Of a stretch of DNA of 64,000 bases, positions 8,370 through 17,584 are shown piece after piece. Made by a program: the position numbers and the translations under genes. Position 1 is the first letter of the stretch, and each line of letters starts with the position of its first letter. The notes under the pieces were generated by a model, which saw only the letters and a list, made by a program, of their open reading frames with translations, ran no database searches and was not told the DNA's origin. The stretch is from the NCBI GenBank assembly GCA_018623515.1, contig JAAZVL010000001.1, forward strand, positions 6,037 to 70,036, written 5' to 3'. Source of the DNA: Marinobacter sp. (lineage in GTDB: Bacteria > Pseudomonadota > Gammaproteobacteria > Pseudomonadales > Oleiphilaceae).

Positions 8370-9167
8370 ATGCGCCCATTCCACGTTGCCCCCTGCCGTT
8401 TGCTGGCCCTGGTGGTCATGATCGTGCCCTTTTGGCTGATCACCCTGTCCGCCCACGCCCAGACCGAGACCCGCAGTTACCAGCTCGATGCCCGCCCGGC
8501 GGAAGAGGTGGCCACCCAGATCCGGGATCTGTATGCCAACGCTCCGGTCACGGTGACCGCCCGGGGACAGCAATTGCTGGTGCGGGGCGAACCGCGCCTG
8601 CTGGATGAAATCCGCACCCTGGTGGAGTCACTGGATGTGGCCCCCGCCCAACTGCGGATCACGGTGAGGACCCGGGAGGAGATCAGTGGCGAGCGCTCGG
8701 GTGGCGGCGTTGCGGCCCGGGACGGAGACATCGGCGTCACTGTGGAGCGCAAGACCATCAACACCGGCAACAACCAGCAACGGACGCTGGTGGTCCAGGA
8801 TGGCCAGACTGCTCACATCAGTTCCGGTCAGGTCCGCACACTGCCCTTTGCCATTCGTGGCGGCCGGAACCCGGCGGCGATTCTGCAGCAGGTGGAGACC
8901 CGCAGTGGTTTCCTGGTCAGTCCACAGGTCATTTCCAGTCAGGCCGTGGAACTGAATATCGTCTCGTTCGAGGAGGACCCGGCACAGATCCAGGGCTATG
9001 AGACCGAAGCGCTGCTGACGATCCGGCGGGTGGAGCCCGGGCAGTGGGTTTCCCTTGGCAGCATTGCCAGGAGCAGCACGCATAGAGGCAGTGGCATCGC
9101 CTACCAGGTGGAGAGCAACCGCTCCGGCATTCGCAGCATCGAGGTCAAAGTGGAGGTTATGCCCTGA
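8370..9167 (+). CDS. Secreted protein with secretin N-terminal (NolW-like) and secretin-like C-terminal segments
   Basis: Signal peptide ending AHA; GQQLLVRG...IRTLVESLDVAPAQLRITV; LVVQDGQTAHI; PGQWVSLG. Confidence 0.7.
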   Translation: MRPFHVAPCRLLALVVMIVPFWLITLSAHAQTETRSYQLDARPAEEVATQIRDLYANAPVTVTARGQQLLVRGEPRLLDEIRTLVESLDVAPAQLRITVRTREEISGERSGGGVAARDGDIGVTVERKTINTGNNQQRTLVVQDGQTAHISSGQVRTLPFAIRGGRNPAAILQQVETRSGFLVSPQVISSQAVELNIVSFEEDPAQIQGYETEALLTIRRVEPGQWVSLGSIARSSTHRGSGIAYQVESNRSGIRSIEVKVEVMP

Positions 9168-9168
9168 C

Positions 9169-9672
9169 TCAGGCCCGGGCTTTCTTCAGCAGCACCTGCT
9201 TGGCTTCGTTGATCTTGGCGGCGAGGTAGTCATTACCGCCGCGGTCCGGATGCAGTTTCTGGATCAATCTGCGGTGGGCGGCGATGATCTCCTCTCTCGG
9301 ACAGCCAGGCTCTACCCCAAGAACCTCACACGCCTCGCGCTCCGACATATCACTACTCGAGGGCGGACTCTGGGCCGATTGCTGCCGGGAATGCTCCCGG
9401 GCATCGGGAATCTCCCTGCCCATCATCCGGGCCAGCGCCGGCGCGTACTTCAACAGGGACGGCACCTTGCGCAGTACAGGGATGACTGCCGCAATGGCCG
9501 CGGTAATGACGTGGACCCGCCCGGTCAGTACCATGAACAGCAGAAGGGCGCCACCGACCACCAGGACGGTTTTCCAGACCGCGTCTTTCTTTTTTTCCGG
9601 GGTCAACGCGCCCCAGCGTTTGAGAATGATGAAAACGGCCGCGGCCAGCGCCAGGCCGAGAATCCACTGCAT
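9169..9672 (-). CDS. Membrane-anchored DnaJ-domain protein
   Basis: N-terminal TM segments; EACEVLGV...[26 protein letters not shown]. Confidence 0.88.
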   Translation of the reverse strand: MQWILGLALAAAVFIILKRWGALTPEKKKDAVWKTVLVVGGALLLFMVLTGRVHVITAAIAAVIPVLRKVPSLLKYAPALARMMGREIPDAREHSRQQSAQSPPSSSDMSEREACEVLGVEPGCPREEIIAAHRRLIQKLHPDRGGNDYLAAKINEAKQVLLKKARA

Positions 9673-9946
9673 GGGCTAATCCCCTTTTGGCATGCGGTCG
9701 TAATTGTGTCACCTGCGATATGGAGAATACCAGTGTCCCGCAAGCGGAGATGCCAATTCCCCGGTGCGGGCCTCTGCATTTTCTCCAGATTTCTGAATTT
9801 AGTCTTAAAGGCTGTCAAAACGGTGACAAGCCCTTCCGTTTTTTTATAGGATGCTACGTTTTACGGAGAAGATAACCGCCTCCAATATCACCTGTGTTGA
9901 TCCGAGGCATCAACACTCAATGGACACAGATTCCAGGGTCTGAACT

Positions 9947-11050
9947 ATGCGCACTGCTTCCCGCTTCATCATTGTCATTATATTTCTTGGCGTCGTCCTT
10001 GGTGGCATCTTTGGTTACAAGTTCTACCAGTTCGGTCAAATGAAGGAGCAAATGTCCCAGCCGCAGCCGCCGGCGCAAATTTCAGCGACCGATGCCCGTG
10101 TCGAACAGTGGACACCCTCGATCAAAGCCGTTGGCAGCATTGAAGCCATCAATGGTATCGAGATTGCCAACGAGGTGCCCGGCGTCATCGAGAGCATCAA
10201 CTTCGAATCCGGCGATACCGTCCAGCAGGGCGACGTGCTGATCCGCCTGAACGCGGAAATCGACGAAGCGGCGCTGCGCACACGCCGGGCCGAAGCCCAG
10301 CTTGCGGAACAGGAATTCAAGCGGGTCTCCGACCTCCTGCCCAAGCGCGCCGTGTCCCAGTCCCAGTACGACCAGGCCAAGGCCAACTACGATGCGGCCC
10401 GGGCGCGGGTGAACGAGGCGGAAGCCCAGCTCAGCAAGAAGATCATCCGGGCGCCGTTTGACGGCACGGTGGGCATCCGGATGGTGGATCAGGGTGAATA
10501 CATCGCGACCGGCACACCGATTGTCGAGATCAATATGCTCAACCCCATTTACGTTGACTACACACTGTCCGAAAAGAACCTGGCGGACATCGCCCCCGGC
10601 TATCCGGTGACAGCCACTGTGGCCGCGGTCCCGGATGCCGTGTTCAAGGGCGAGATCAGCGCAATCAACACCTCGGTGAATCCTGAAACCCGGACCGTGC
10701 GCGTCCGTGGCACCCTGAAGAACGAGGAGCAGCTGCTGCGTCCAGGCATGTTTGCCACGGTCATGACCCTTCAGCCAGAGGACAACGAAGTGGTCACCGT
10801 GCCCCGCACCGCCATTTCCTACAACACCTACGGCGACTTCGTGTTCGTGGTTGAGGAAAATGACAACGGCGAGCTGGTGGTCAACCGCCGCACCGTCACT
10901 ACCGGTCAGACCCGGGAAGGCCGGGTGGCCATCCTGTCTGGCCTGGAAGCGGGAGAGACAGTGGTGTCCAAGGCCCTGCTGAGACTGCGGGCCGGCCAGA
11001 AAGTCGAGATTCAGGAAGACTCCGGGCAAACGCAGGAGGCGTCTGAATAA
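9947..11050 (+). CDS. RND efflux periplasmic adaptor (MexH/MexV-like)
   Basis: N-terminal anchor; IRAPFDG and LRPGMFA MFP motifs. Confidence 0.92.
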   Translation: MRTASRFIIVIIFLGVVLGGIFGYKFYQFGQMKEQMSQPQPPAQISATDARVEQWTPSIKAVGSIEAINGIEIANEVPGVIESINFESGDTVQQGDVLIRLNAEIDEAALRTRRAEAQLAEQEFKRVSDLLPKRAVSQSQYDQAKANYDAARARVNEAEAQLSKKIIRAPFDGTVGIRMVDQGEYIATGTPIVEINMLNPIYVDYTLSEKNLADIAPGYPVTATVAAVPDAVFKGEISAINTSVNPETRTVRVRGTLKNEEQLLRPGMFATVMTLQPEDNEVVTVPRTAISYNTYGDFVFVVEENDNGELVVNRRTVTTGQTREGRVAILSGLEAGETVVSKALLRLRAGQKVEIQEDSGQTQEASE

Positions 11051-14000
11051 TGCGATTTACCGACATATTCATCCACCGTCCGGTACTGGCGACGGTGGTC
11101 AGCCTGCTGATCCTGCTGCTCGGTGCCCGGGCCGCCATGGAGATGGAGATCCGGCAGTATCCGGAACTCGAGAGCACCACGGTAACCGTCACCACGGCCT
11201 ACCCGGGAGCCAGCTCCGACCTGATCAAGGGTTTTATCACCACGCCGCTGCAACAGGCGATTGCCGAAGCCAGTGGCATTGATTACCTGACCTCCACCAG
11301 CTCCCAGGGCGTGTCCACCATCGAAGCGAAGATGGAGCTGAACTACGACGCCAATGCCGCCCTGGCGGAGATCCAGGCCAAGGTGGCGAGCCAACGTAAC
11401 GTCCTGCCTGCCGAAGCCCAGGATCCGGTCATCACCTCCACCACCGGCGATTCCACGGCGCTGATGTACATTGCCTTCTACAGCACCGAGCTGGCGGTAC
11501 CGCAGATTACCGACTACCTCACCCGCGTGGTGCAGCCCAAGCTTCAGGCACTTTCGGGCGTCGGCAAGGCCCGTTTGTTCGGGCGAAAGTTCGCCCTGCG
11601 GGTGTGGCTGGATCCTGAGCGGCTGGCCGCCGTCGACATGACACCGACGGAAGTGGTCGCCAAGCTTCGGGCCAACAACTACCAGGCCGCTGTGGGTAAT
11701 ACCAAAGGACAGTATGTCGAAATCGCCATGACCAGCGATACCGATGTGGCTGATCCGGACCAGTTCCGCAACCTGGTGGTAAAAACCCGGGATGGAACCC
11801 AGATCCGGCTCCAGGACATCGCCCGCGTGGAGCTGGGCTCGGAAACTTACGATGAGCTTGCACTGTACAAGGGTCAGCCCGCTACTTACGTCGCCATCGA
11901 GCTGGCTCCCGGCGCCAACCCGCTGACGGTGGCAGGCCTGGTCAAGGATGCACTGCCGGACATCGAGAGCCAGTTACCCTCCGGACTGGACGTGCGGCTT
12001 GCCTATGACGCGTCCGACTTCATCGAAGACTCCATCAACGAGGTGATCAAAACCCTGCTGGAAGCATTGGTCATCGTTCTGGTGGTGGTGTTCCTGTGCC
12101 TTGGCTCCGTCCGTGCATCGGTGATTCCGTCGGTCGCTGTGCCTCTGTCGCTGATCGGCGGCGCCTTCATCATGCTGATGTTCGGGTTCTCCCTCAACTT
12201 GCTGACGTTGCTGTCCATGGTCCTGGCCATCGGCCTGGTGGTGGACGACGCCATCATCATGGTGGAGAACGTTCACCGGCACATCGAGGAAGGCGAATCC
12301 CGGCTTGACGCAGCCATCAACGGTGCCCGGGAGATGGCCGTGCCGATCATCGCCATGACCACCACGCTGGTGGCGGTATATGCACCCATCGGTTTCATGG
12401 GCGGCCTGGTGGGCTCGCTGTTCACCGAATTCGCCTTCACCCTCGCTGGCACCGTGGTTATCTCGGGCATCGTGGCGTTGACGCTGTCCCCCATGCTGTC
12501 CGGCAAAGTACTCAAACCCCACGGCAACCCGGGCCGGTTCGAAGTACTGGTGGAGAAGACCTTCAACGGCCTGTCGAGCGCCTACAAGTCGGCTCTTGCG
12601 TCGCTGATGCAGACCAAGTCGGTGGTGGTGTTCTTTGCGGTGGTAGTGCTGGGTTCCATCTACTTCATGGTGATGATGAGCCAGAACGAGCTGGCACCCA
12701 CCGAGGACCAGGGCATTCTGTTCTATCAGGGTCTGGGCTCCCAGACAGCCACGCTCGACTACCTGCGCGAGCACGGCAATGAGGTTCAGGAGCGCATGTC
12801 CACCGTGCCCGGTTACAACGAGGATTTCATGATTCTGGGCATTACCAGCCCCAACGCCGTGTTCGGCGGTTTCAAGATGAAACCCTGGAGCGAAAGGGAG
12901 GTTACCCAGTTTGAAGTTCAGCCCATGCTCGATGCCGAGCTGAAGAAGGTGACCGGATTGCAGACAGCAGTCTTTCCGCGTCCTTCCCTGCCTGGCTCCG
13001 GCGGCGGTCTGCCGTTCCAGTTCGTGATCACCACCGGCAGCAGCTATGAACAGCTGGACCAGGTGGCGGATGAGCTGCTCGGCAAGGCCATGGCCAGCGG
13101 CAACTTCATGTTCCTGCAGAAATCCATCAACTTTGACCGGCCGATCACCCGCATCAACGTCGACCGTGACCGCGTCGCGGATCTCGGGCTCTCCATGCAG
13201 GACATCGGCCAGGCATTGTCCAGCATGCTCGGCGGCGGTTATATCAACCGGTTCAGCATGGAAGGCCGCTCCTACCAGGTGATCCCCCAGGTAGACCAGC
13301 AGTTCCGACTGGATGAACAGGCACTGAACGACTACTACATCCGCACGGATGTCGGCGAACTGGTGCCCCTGGGCAGCGTGGTGAGCTTCAGCCACGATGT
13401 TGAACCGTCGAACCGGACCCAGTTCAACCAGCTGAACTCTCTCACCCTTCAGGGGGTAGTGATGCCGGGTGTGGCACTGGGTGATGCCATGGACTTCATG
13501 GAGCAGACCGCCGACGAGGTCTTCCCACAGGGCTTCACGTCGGATTACACCGGCCAGACCCGCCAGTTGGCGACCCAGGGCAGCGCGCTGGCGGTCACCT
13601 TCTTCCTGTCCCTGCTGGTGATCTACCTGGTCCTGGCTGCCCAGTTCGAAAGCTGGCGTGATCCGTTCATCATCCTGGTCTCGGTGCCCATGTCCGTGGC
13701 CGGTGCCATGGCGTTCATCGTGCTCGGCTTTGCCTCCATGAACATCTACACCCAGGTGGGGCTGATCACCCTGATCGGGGTAGTGTCAAAGAATGGCATC
13801 CTGATTGTGGAGTTCGCCAACCTGTTACAGAAGGAACGCGGCCTGGACAAGGTGCAGGCGGTGATCGAGGCGGCGGCCATCCGTCTGCGCCCGATCATCA
13901 TGACCTCACTGGCCCTGATCTTCGCAATGGTGCCGCTACTGATTGCCGTCGGCCCCGGTGCGGAGAGCCGGTTTGCCATCGGCCTGACCATCAGTGCCGG

Positions 14001-14136
14001 ACTTGGCATCGGTACCCTGTTCACCATCTTCGTGCTGCCGGCTTTCTACATCCTGCTGGCGCGGGATCATCACGGTTCGGCCGCCGATGAATATCGTGAT
14101 AAGTCCGGAACCATGGAGCCGGCAACAGATCACTGA
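11050..14136 (+). CDS. RND efflux transporter (MexW/MexI-like)
   Basis: MRFTDIFIHRPVLATV, GLVVDDAI, KNGILIVEFAN and RLRPIIMT motifs; 1028 aa. Confidence 0.95.
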   Translation: MRFTDIFIHRPVLATVVSLLILLLGARAAMEMEIRQYPELESTTVTVTTAYPGASSDLIKGFITTPLQQAIAEASGIDYLTSTSSQGVSTIEAKMELNYDANAALAEIQAKVASQRNVLPAEAQDPVITSTTGDSTALMYIAFYSTELAVPQITDYLTRVVQPKLQALSGVGKARLFGRKFALRVWLDPERLAAVDMTPTEVVAKLRANNYQAAVGNTKGQYVEIAMTSDTDVADPDQFRNLVVKTRDGTQIRLQDIARVELGSETYDELALYKGQPATYVAIELAPGANPLTVAGLVKDALPDIESQLPSGLDVRLAYDASDFIEDSINEVIKTLLEALVIVLVVVFLCLGSVRASVIPSVAVPLSLIGGAFIMLMFGFSLNLLTLLSMVLAIGLVVDDAIIMVENVHRHIEEGESRLDAAINGAREMAVPIIAMTTTLVAVYAPIGFMGGLVGSLFTEFAFTLAGTVVISGIVALTLSPMLSGKVLKPHGNPGRFEVLVEKTFNGLSSAYKSALASLMQTKSVVVFFAVVVLGSIYFMVMMSQNELAPTEDQGILFYQGLGSQTATLDYLREHGNEVQERMSTVPGYNEDFMILGITSPNAVFGGFKMKPWSEREVTQFEVQPMLDAELKKVTGLQTAVFPRPSLPGSGGGLPFQFVITTGSSYEQLDQVADELLGKAMASGNFMFLQKSINFDRPITRINVDRDRVADLGLSMQDIGQALSSMLGGGYINRFSMEGRSYQVIPQVDQQFRLDEQALNDYYIRTDVGELVPLGSVVSFSHDVEPSNRTQFNQLNSLTLQGVVMPGVALGDAMDFMEQTADEVFPQGFTSDYTGQTRQLATQGSALAVTFFLSLLVIYLVLAAQFESWRDPFIILVSVPMSVAGAMAFIVLGFASMNIYTQVGLITLIGVVSKNGILIVEFANLLQKERGLDKVQAVIEAAAIRLRPIIMTSLALIFAMVPLLIAVGPGAESRFAIGLTISAGLGIGTLFTIFVLPAFYILLARDHHGSAADEYRDKSGTMEPATDH

Positions 14137-14148
14137 CGGCCGAAACTG

Positions 14149-14186
14149 AAAAAAGCCCGGTCACCGAAAGGTAGCCGGGCTTTTTT
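14149..14186. terminator. Bidirectional intrinsic terminator
   Basis: AAAAAA-GCCCGG...CCGGGC-TTTTTT between convergent genes. Confidence 0.85.
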
Positions 14187-14207
14187 GTCAGGGGGTACGG
14201 GAATAAC

Positions 14208-15167
14208 TCAACTGGCCTGTCTGCCGACTTCCTTGCCGAGGAGTGAGCGCCGCCACTGGATGGTCTCACTCGGCAGTTCGCCGAAATGCTCCCGGTACAG
14301 CGCCGCAAAGCGCCCCAGATGGCTGAAGCCCTCATCCGCCGCATAATGCGAGATATGGGGTACCTCGCAGGTGCAATCCACCAGCCGGCGCCGGACACGG
14401 ACCAGTTTGCAACGTTGATAGAAACGATAGGGCGTCATCCCGGTCTCGCGTTTCATCAGGTAGTAGAGGTTGCGTTCACTGGCCCCCGCATAACTGGCCA
14501 ATTCCGGCAGGTCAAACTGCCAGTCCGGTTCACTCCGGATCCGGTCGATGGCTCGCTTTACCCGGCGATCAAGCACAGGCAACTCCAGATCGGCGCGAAC
14601 CTGGCCAGTCGTCTCCAGTTCAACCAGGCGCGAAATCAGCTGCCGGGTGCCCGCTTCCGTCTGCTCACTGTCAAGGAAAAACCTTGCCTGCAAGATGAAC
14701 CGGTCAATCAGGCAACAGATCGTGCTGCCGGAGACGGATCGGGGGGCTTGCCCGAGGGCTGTCAGTGCACCTTCTGAGGGGATAACCATCACCAACCGGG
14801 TGCCTGCGGCCAGGTGAAGCGTCAAAGACCCCGGGTCGGTATGGCAGGCCCCGCTTTGCATGTCTCGCTCCGCGGAACTCTCCCCTATGTGCACCTGGCC
14901 TGCCAGCACCCGCAACCACAAGGGTACGGGAGAATTCCAATCGGTGATCCGCAACGCCCGTTCCACCGCCAGGCAAATGACTGTGCCAGCATCCGACGAC
15001 ACAACATAAAGGGCACCCGCAGCAGCCTCACGGCCGTCGGATAACCGGCACCGGATCGACGGCAAGGCTGCCAACCGCTGCAGCGCCGCCTGGAACTCGG
15101 CGAGTGAGGCACGGTTCAGTCGTAGAAAGCCATCCAGTTCCATGGGTGACAAGATTTCGCAGGACAT
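14208..15167 (-). CDS. AraC/XylS family transcriptional regulator
   Basis: C-terminal double HTH: LPELASYAGASERNL...GFSHLGRFAALYREHFGELPSET. Confidence 0.88.
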   Translation of the reverse strand: MSCEILSPMELDGFLRLNRASLAEFQAALQRLAALPSIRCRLSDGREAAAGALYVVSSDAGTVICLAVERALRITDWNSPVPLWLRVLAGQVHIGESSAERDMQSGACHTDPGSLTLHLAAGTRLVMVIPSEGALTALGQAPRSVSGSTICCLIDRFILQARFFLDSEQTEAGTRQLISRLVELETTGQVRADLELPVLDRRVKRAIDRIRSEPDWQFDLPELASYAGASERNLYYLMKRETGMTPYRFYQRCKLVRVRRRLVDCTCEVPHISHYAADEGFSHLGRFAALYREHFGELPSETIQWRRSLLGKEVGRQAS

Positions 15168-15248
15168 AAAACCACAGTGTCGAGGAGAGTTGTGCCCTTT
15201 TTATTGGAAATCTTCCGGAAACCCTAGCCATATTTTGCAATCACCGGA

Positions 15249-16952
15249 TCAGGAAGCCGCATAATCGAACCGGACTTGATGTCCATCAATCAGTACATCA
15301 ACAATCTTTTCCCATTCACAGGGCTTGCCGAGCAAATAGCCCTGACCCCGGTGGCAACGCAGTTGACGCAATTTTTCGAACTGCTCGCCACTCTCGATTC
15401 CTTCAGCCACCACTTCCAGCCCCAGGGCCTCGGCAATGCCGAGAATGGCCCAGACAATACGCGCATCCCGGGCATCGGTCCCCAGCTGAGGGGTAAACTG
15501 GCGATCAATCTTCAAAACCTGCACCGGGAGGGTGTGCAGATATGCCAGGGAGGAATAGCCAGTCCCGAAATCATCGATGGCCACACCAACACCCTGCTCG
15601 CCAAACCTGCGCAGTCTCTGCAGACAACGGCTGGACAGACTCATCAGGTGGGTCTCCGTGATTTCCAGTTCCGGCCGCCAGCCCAGAGCCGCCAGGCGGT
15701 CAAAAAAGGGTCCGAGCACCAGGTCCAGGCGTGTATCGGTAATCTGCCGGGCGGAAATATTGATGGCCAGGCGCAATCCCCGGGGCAGTTGTCTCTCAGA
15801 GACACAGTCGAGGTCCGACTGGACGCAACGCAACAGATGCTCGGTCAGGTCATGGATGCGGCCCCGGTGTTCGGCAATGGGGATAAAATCCGCCGGCGAG
15901 ATCTCGCCAAATTCCGGATGCAGCCACCGGAAAAGCGCTTCCAGCCCGACAACACGCCCCGTGGCCAGGTCAAACTGGGGCTGATAGACCACCCGGAACT
16001 GTTCCGGTGCGGTCTTGAGGGCGGCGATCAGTGCCTCGGACAGGCGCTGTTCCCGTCGCCCCTGTTCACTCTCCACAGCACTGTACAGGCGGAAGCAGGC
16101 CCGGCCGGCGACCTTGGCGGTATACATGGCCCGGTCGGCGTTTTGTAGCAAGTCCGCACTGGTCCGGCCGTGGTCCGGGAACATCGCACCGCCCACAGAC
16201 GCTGACAGGAAATACTCACGGCCATCCACCCGGACCGGCACCTGGAACGCCCGGTTCAGTCGCTCGCCAATGTTCTCCAGTTCCAGGTCGTTCTCGACCT
16301 CGACGATGGCGGCAAACTCATCTCCGGACAGGCGGGCCAGCACATCATTCCGCCTGAGGGCCCCCCGGATACAGCGGGATGTCTCCCGGAGCACCCGATC
16401 GCCACAGTCATGCCCGTGCAGGTCGTTGATCGACTTGAAGAAATCAAGATCAATAAACAGTACTCCGAAGCTCCCAACAGCGCCCTGGCGGCGATCCACC
16501 CGGGCTCTAAGGAACTCCTGAAACAACGAACGGTTGGGCAGCTCGGTCAACGGATCATAATAGGCCAGGGAGGCCAGACGCTCGTCACCGGCCGCCGGAT
16601 CCCCCACATCCATGAATACGCCGGCGTAGAACTTCCGGGAGCCCTGGATCACGGGATAGATGGACAGCCACTGCGGGTAGGTTTCACCATTCTTGCGACG
16701 GTTCCAGATCAGTCCCTCCCATCGCCCGTTGACGTGAATGCTCTCCCACATGCCCCGGTAGAACTCCGGGGAATGCAGACCGGAACTCAGCACTGAAGGT
16801 GACTCTCCGAGGACCTCTTCCTGGCGATAACCGGTGACCGCCTGGAAACTGCGATTAACGTAGGCTATGCGAGGTTCGGTGGTAGACAACATGATCGCAC
16901 GGGGGTGATGCTCCACCAGCGCCCTGAAGTCCTGCTGTTGTACTGCTTGCAT
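15249..16952 (-). CDS. PAS-GGDEF-EAL diguanylate cyclase/phosphodiesterase
   Basis: PAS (YVNRSF...WEGLIWNRRKNGE), DPLTELPNR, SGDEF, EALFRW and IDDFGTGYSSL motifs. Confidence 0.93.
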   Translation of the reverse strand: MQAVQQQDFRALVEHHPRAIMLSTTEPRIAYVNRSFQAVTGYRQEEVLGESPSVLSSGLHSPEFYRGMWESIHVNGRWEGLIWNRRKNGETYPQWLSIYPVIQGSRKFYAGVFMDVGDPAAGDERLASLAYYDPLTELPNRSLFQEFLRARVDRRQGAVGSFGVLFIDLDFFKSINDLHGHDCGDRVLRETSRCIRGALRRNDVLARLSGDEFAAIVEVENDLELENIGERLNRAFQVPVRVDGREYFLSASVGGAMFPDHGRTSADLLQNADRAMYTAKVAGRACFRLYSAVESEQGRREQRLSEALIAALKTAPEQFRVVYQPQFDLATGRVVGLEALFRWLHPEFGEISPADFIPIAEHRGRIHDLTEHLLRCVQSDLDCVSERQLPRGLRLAINISARQITDTRLDLVLGPFFDRLAALGWRPELEITETHLMSLSSRCLQRLRRFGEQGVGVAIDDFGTGYSSLAYLHTLPVQVLKIDRQFTPQLGTDARDARIVWAILGIAEALGLEVVAEGIESGEQFEKLRQLRCHRGQGYLLGKPCEWEKIVDVLIDGHQVRFDYAAS

Positions 16953-17160
16953 GGCGGACTCTCTTTTTTGTTATATCCTTGGCTGAGGCCAATCGGTTAG
17001 GACGTCAAGCATATCGCCCACCTGTCGCCTGCCAAGCCAGATTTTGCAGAACAATCAGCAGTTACGACCAAAGCATCATAGGGCGTGGCAATTTCAAGCC
17101 AGGGCGAGTTCATGTACCCTGAGCTCCCTCCCGACCAGCACTCAGGGACTATAACTGACT

Positions 17161-17472
17161 GTGACTCTCAATAACCTGTTCTGGCTTTTTCTGGCCTGCT
17201 TTGCCGCCTGGTACTGGTGGCGGGCGAAGGCTATCAAGGATTTCGTTTTGCAGGCGGCGCGCCGTTACTGCAAAACCATGAACGTCGAACTACTGGACGA
17301 TGCGGTGTACCTGCGCGGCCTGTGGTTCAAGCGTGACGACCAGGGCAGGCTGAGAGTCTGGCGGCGCTTCCTGTTCGACTTCACCTCCACCGGGGAAGAA
17401 CGCTACACCGGGCGGGTCATCATGCTGGGCTCGAAGATACTCAATATGGAGCTGGAGCCCCACCGTTTCTGA
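17161..17472 (+). CDS. DUF3301-type small membrane protein
   Basis: N-terminal TM; ARRYC...LLDDAV...FDFTSTGEERYTG. Confidence 0.75.
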   Translation: MTLNNLFWLFLACFAAWYWWRAKAIKDFVLQAARRYCKTMNVELLDDAVYLRGLWFKRDDQGRLRVWRRFLFDFTSTGEERYTGRVIMLGSKILNMELEPHRF

Positions 17473-17496
17473 CCGCCCCTGCCCTTCGGCAACATT

Positions 17497-17536
17497 CGGT
17501 AACAACACTGAAACCTGATCGTCATATTTCTGTCGC
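17497..17536 (+). promoter_or_regulatory. Putative Pho box upstream of the PstS-OmpA fusion gene
   Basis: 11-bp periodic units CGGTAAC / CTGAAAC / TCGTCAT-attt-CTGTCGC. Confidence 0.5.
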
Positions 17537-17584
17537 ATTCTTCCGGCCGACCTCGAGTAACAACCTCCACAAGGCACAATCAGA

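Noticed and set aside
8286-8573. N-terminal extension of the 141-aa minus-strand ORF 8148..8573
   Set aside because: It overlaps the secretin-like gene in antisense; only the last 45 (or 25) codons make sense as a leader peptide.
7098-9167. 689-aa plus-strand ORF
   Set aside because: The first 424 codons are the antisense shadow of the DAHP synthase and its leader; the real gene starts at ATG 8370 after GGAG.
9897-9913. FNR/Anr box upstream of the RND operon
   Set aside because: The TTGAT/ATCAA half-sites are spaced by 7 nt rather than the required 4.
11974-13395. Long antisense ORFs (also 28171..29901, 34694..36193, 36794..37906, 44787..46010, 56782..58077, 58705..60249)
   Set aside because: They lie opposite well-supported genes and have no motifs; such ORFs are expected from GC-rich codon bias.
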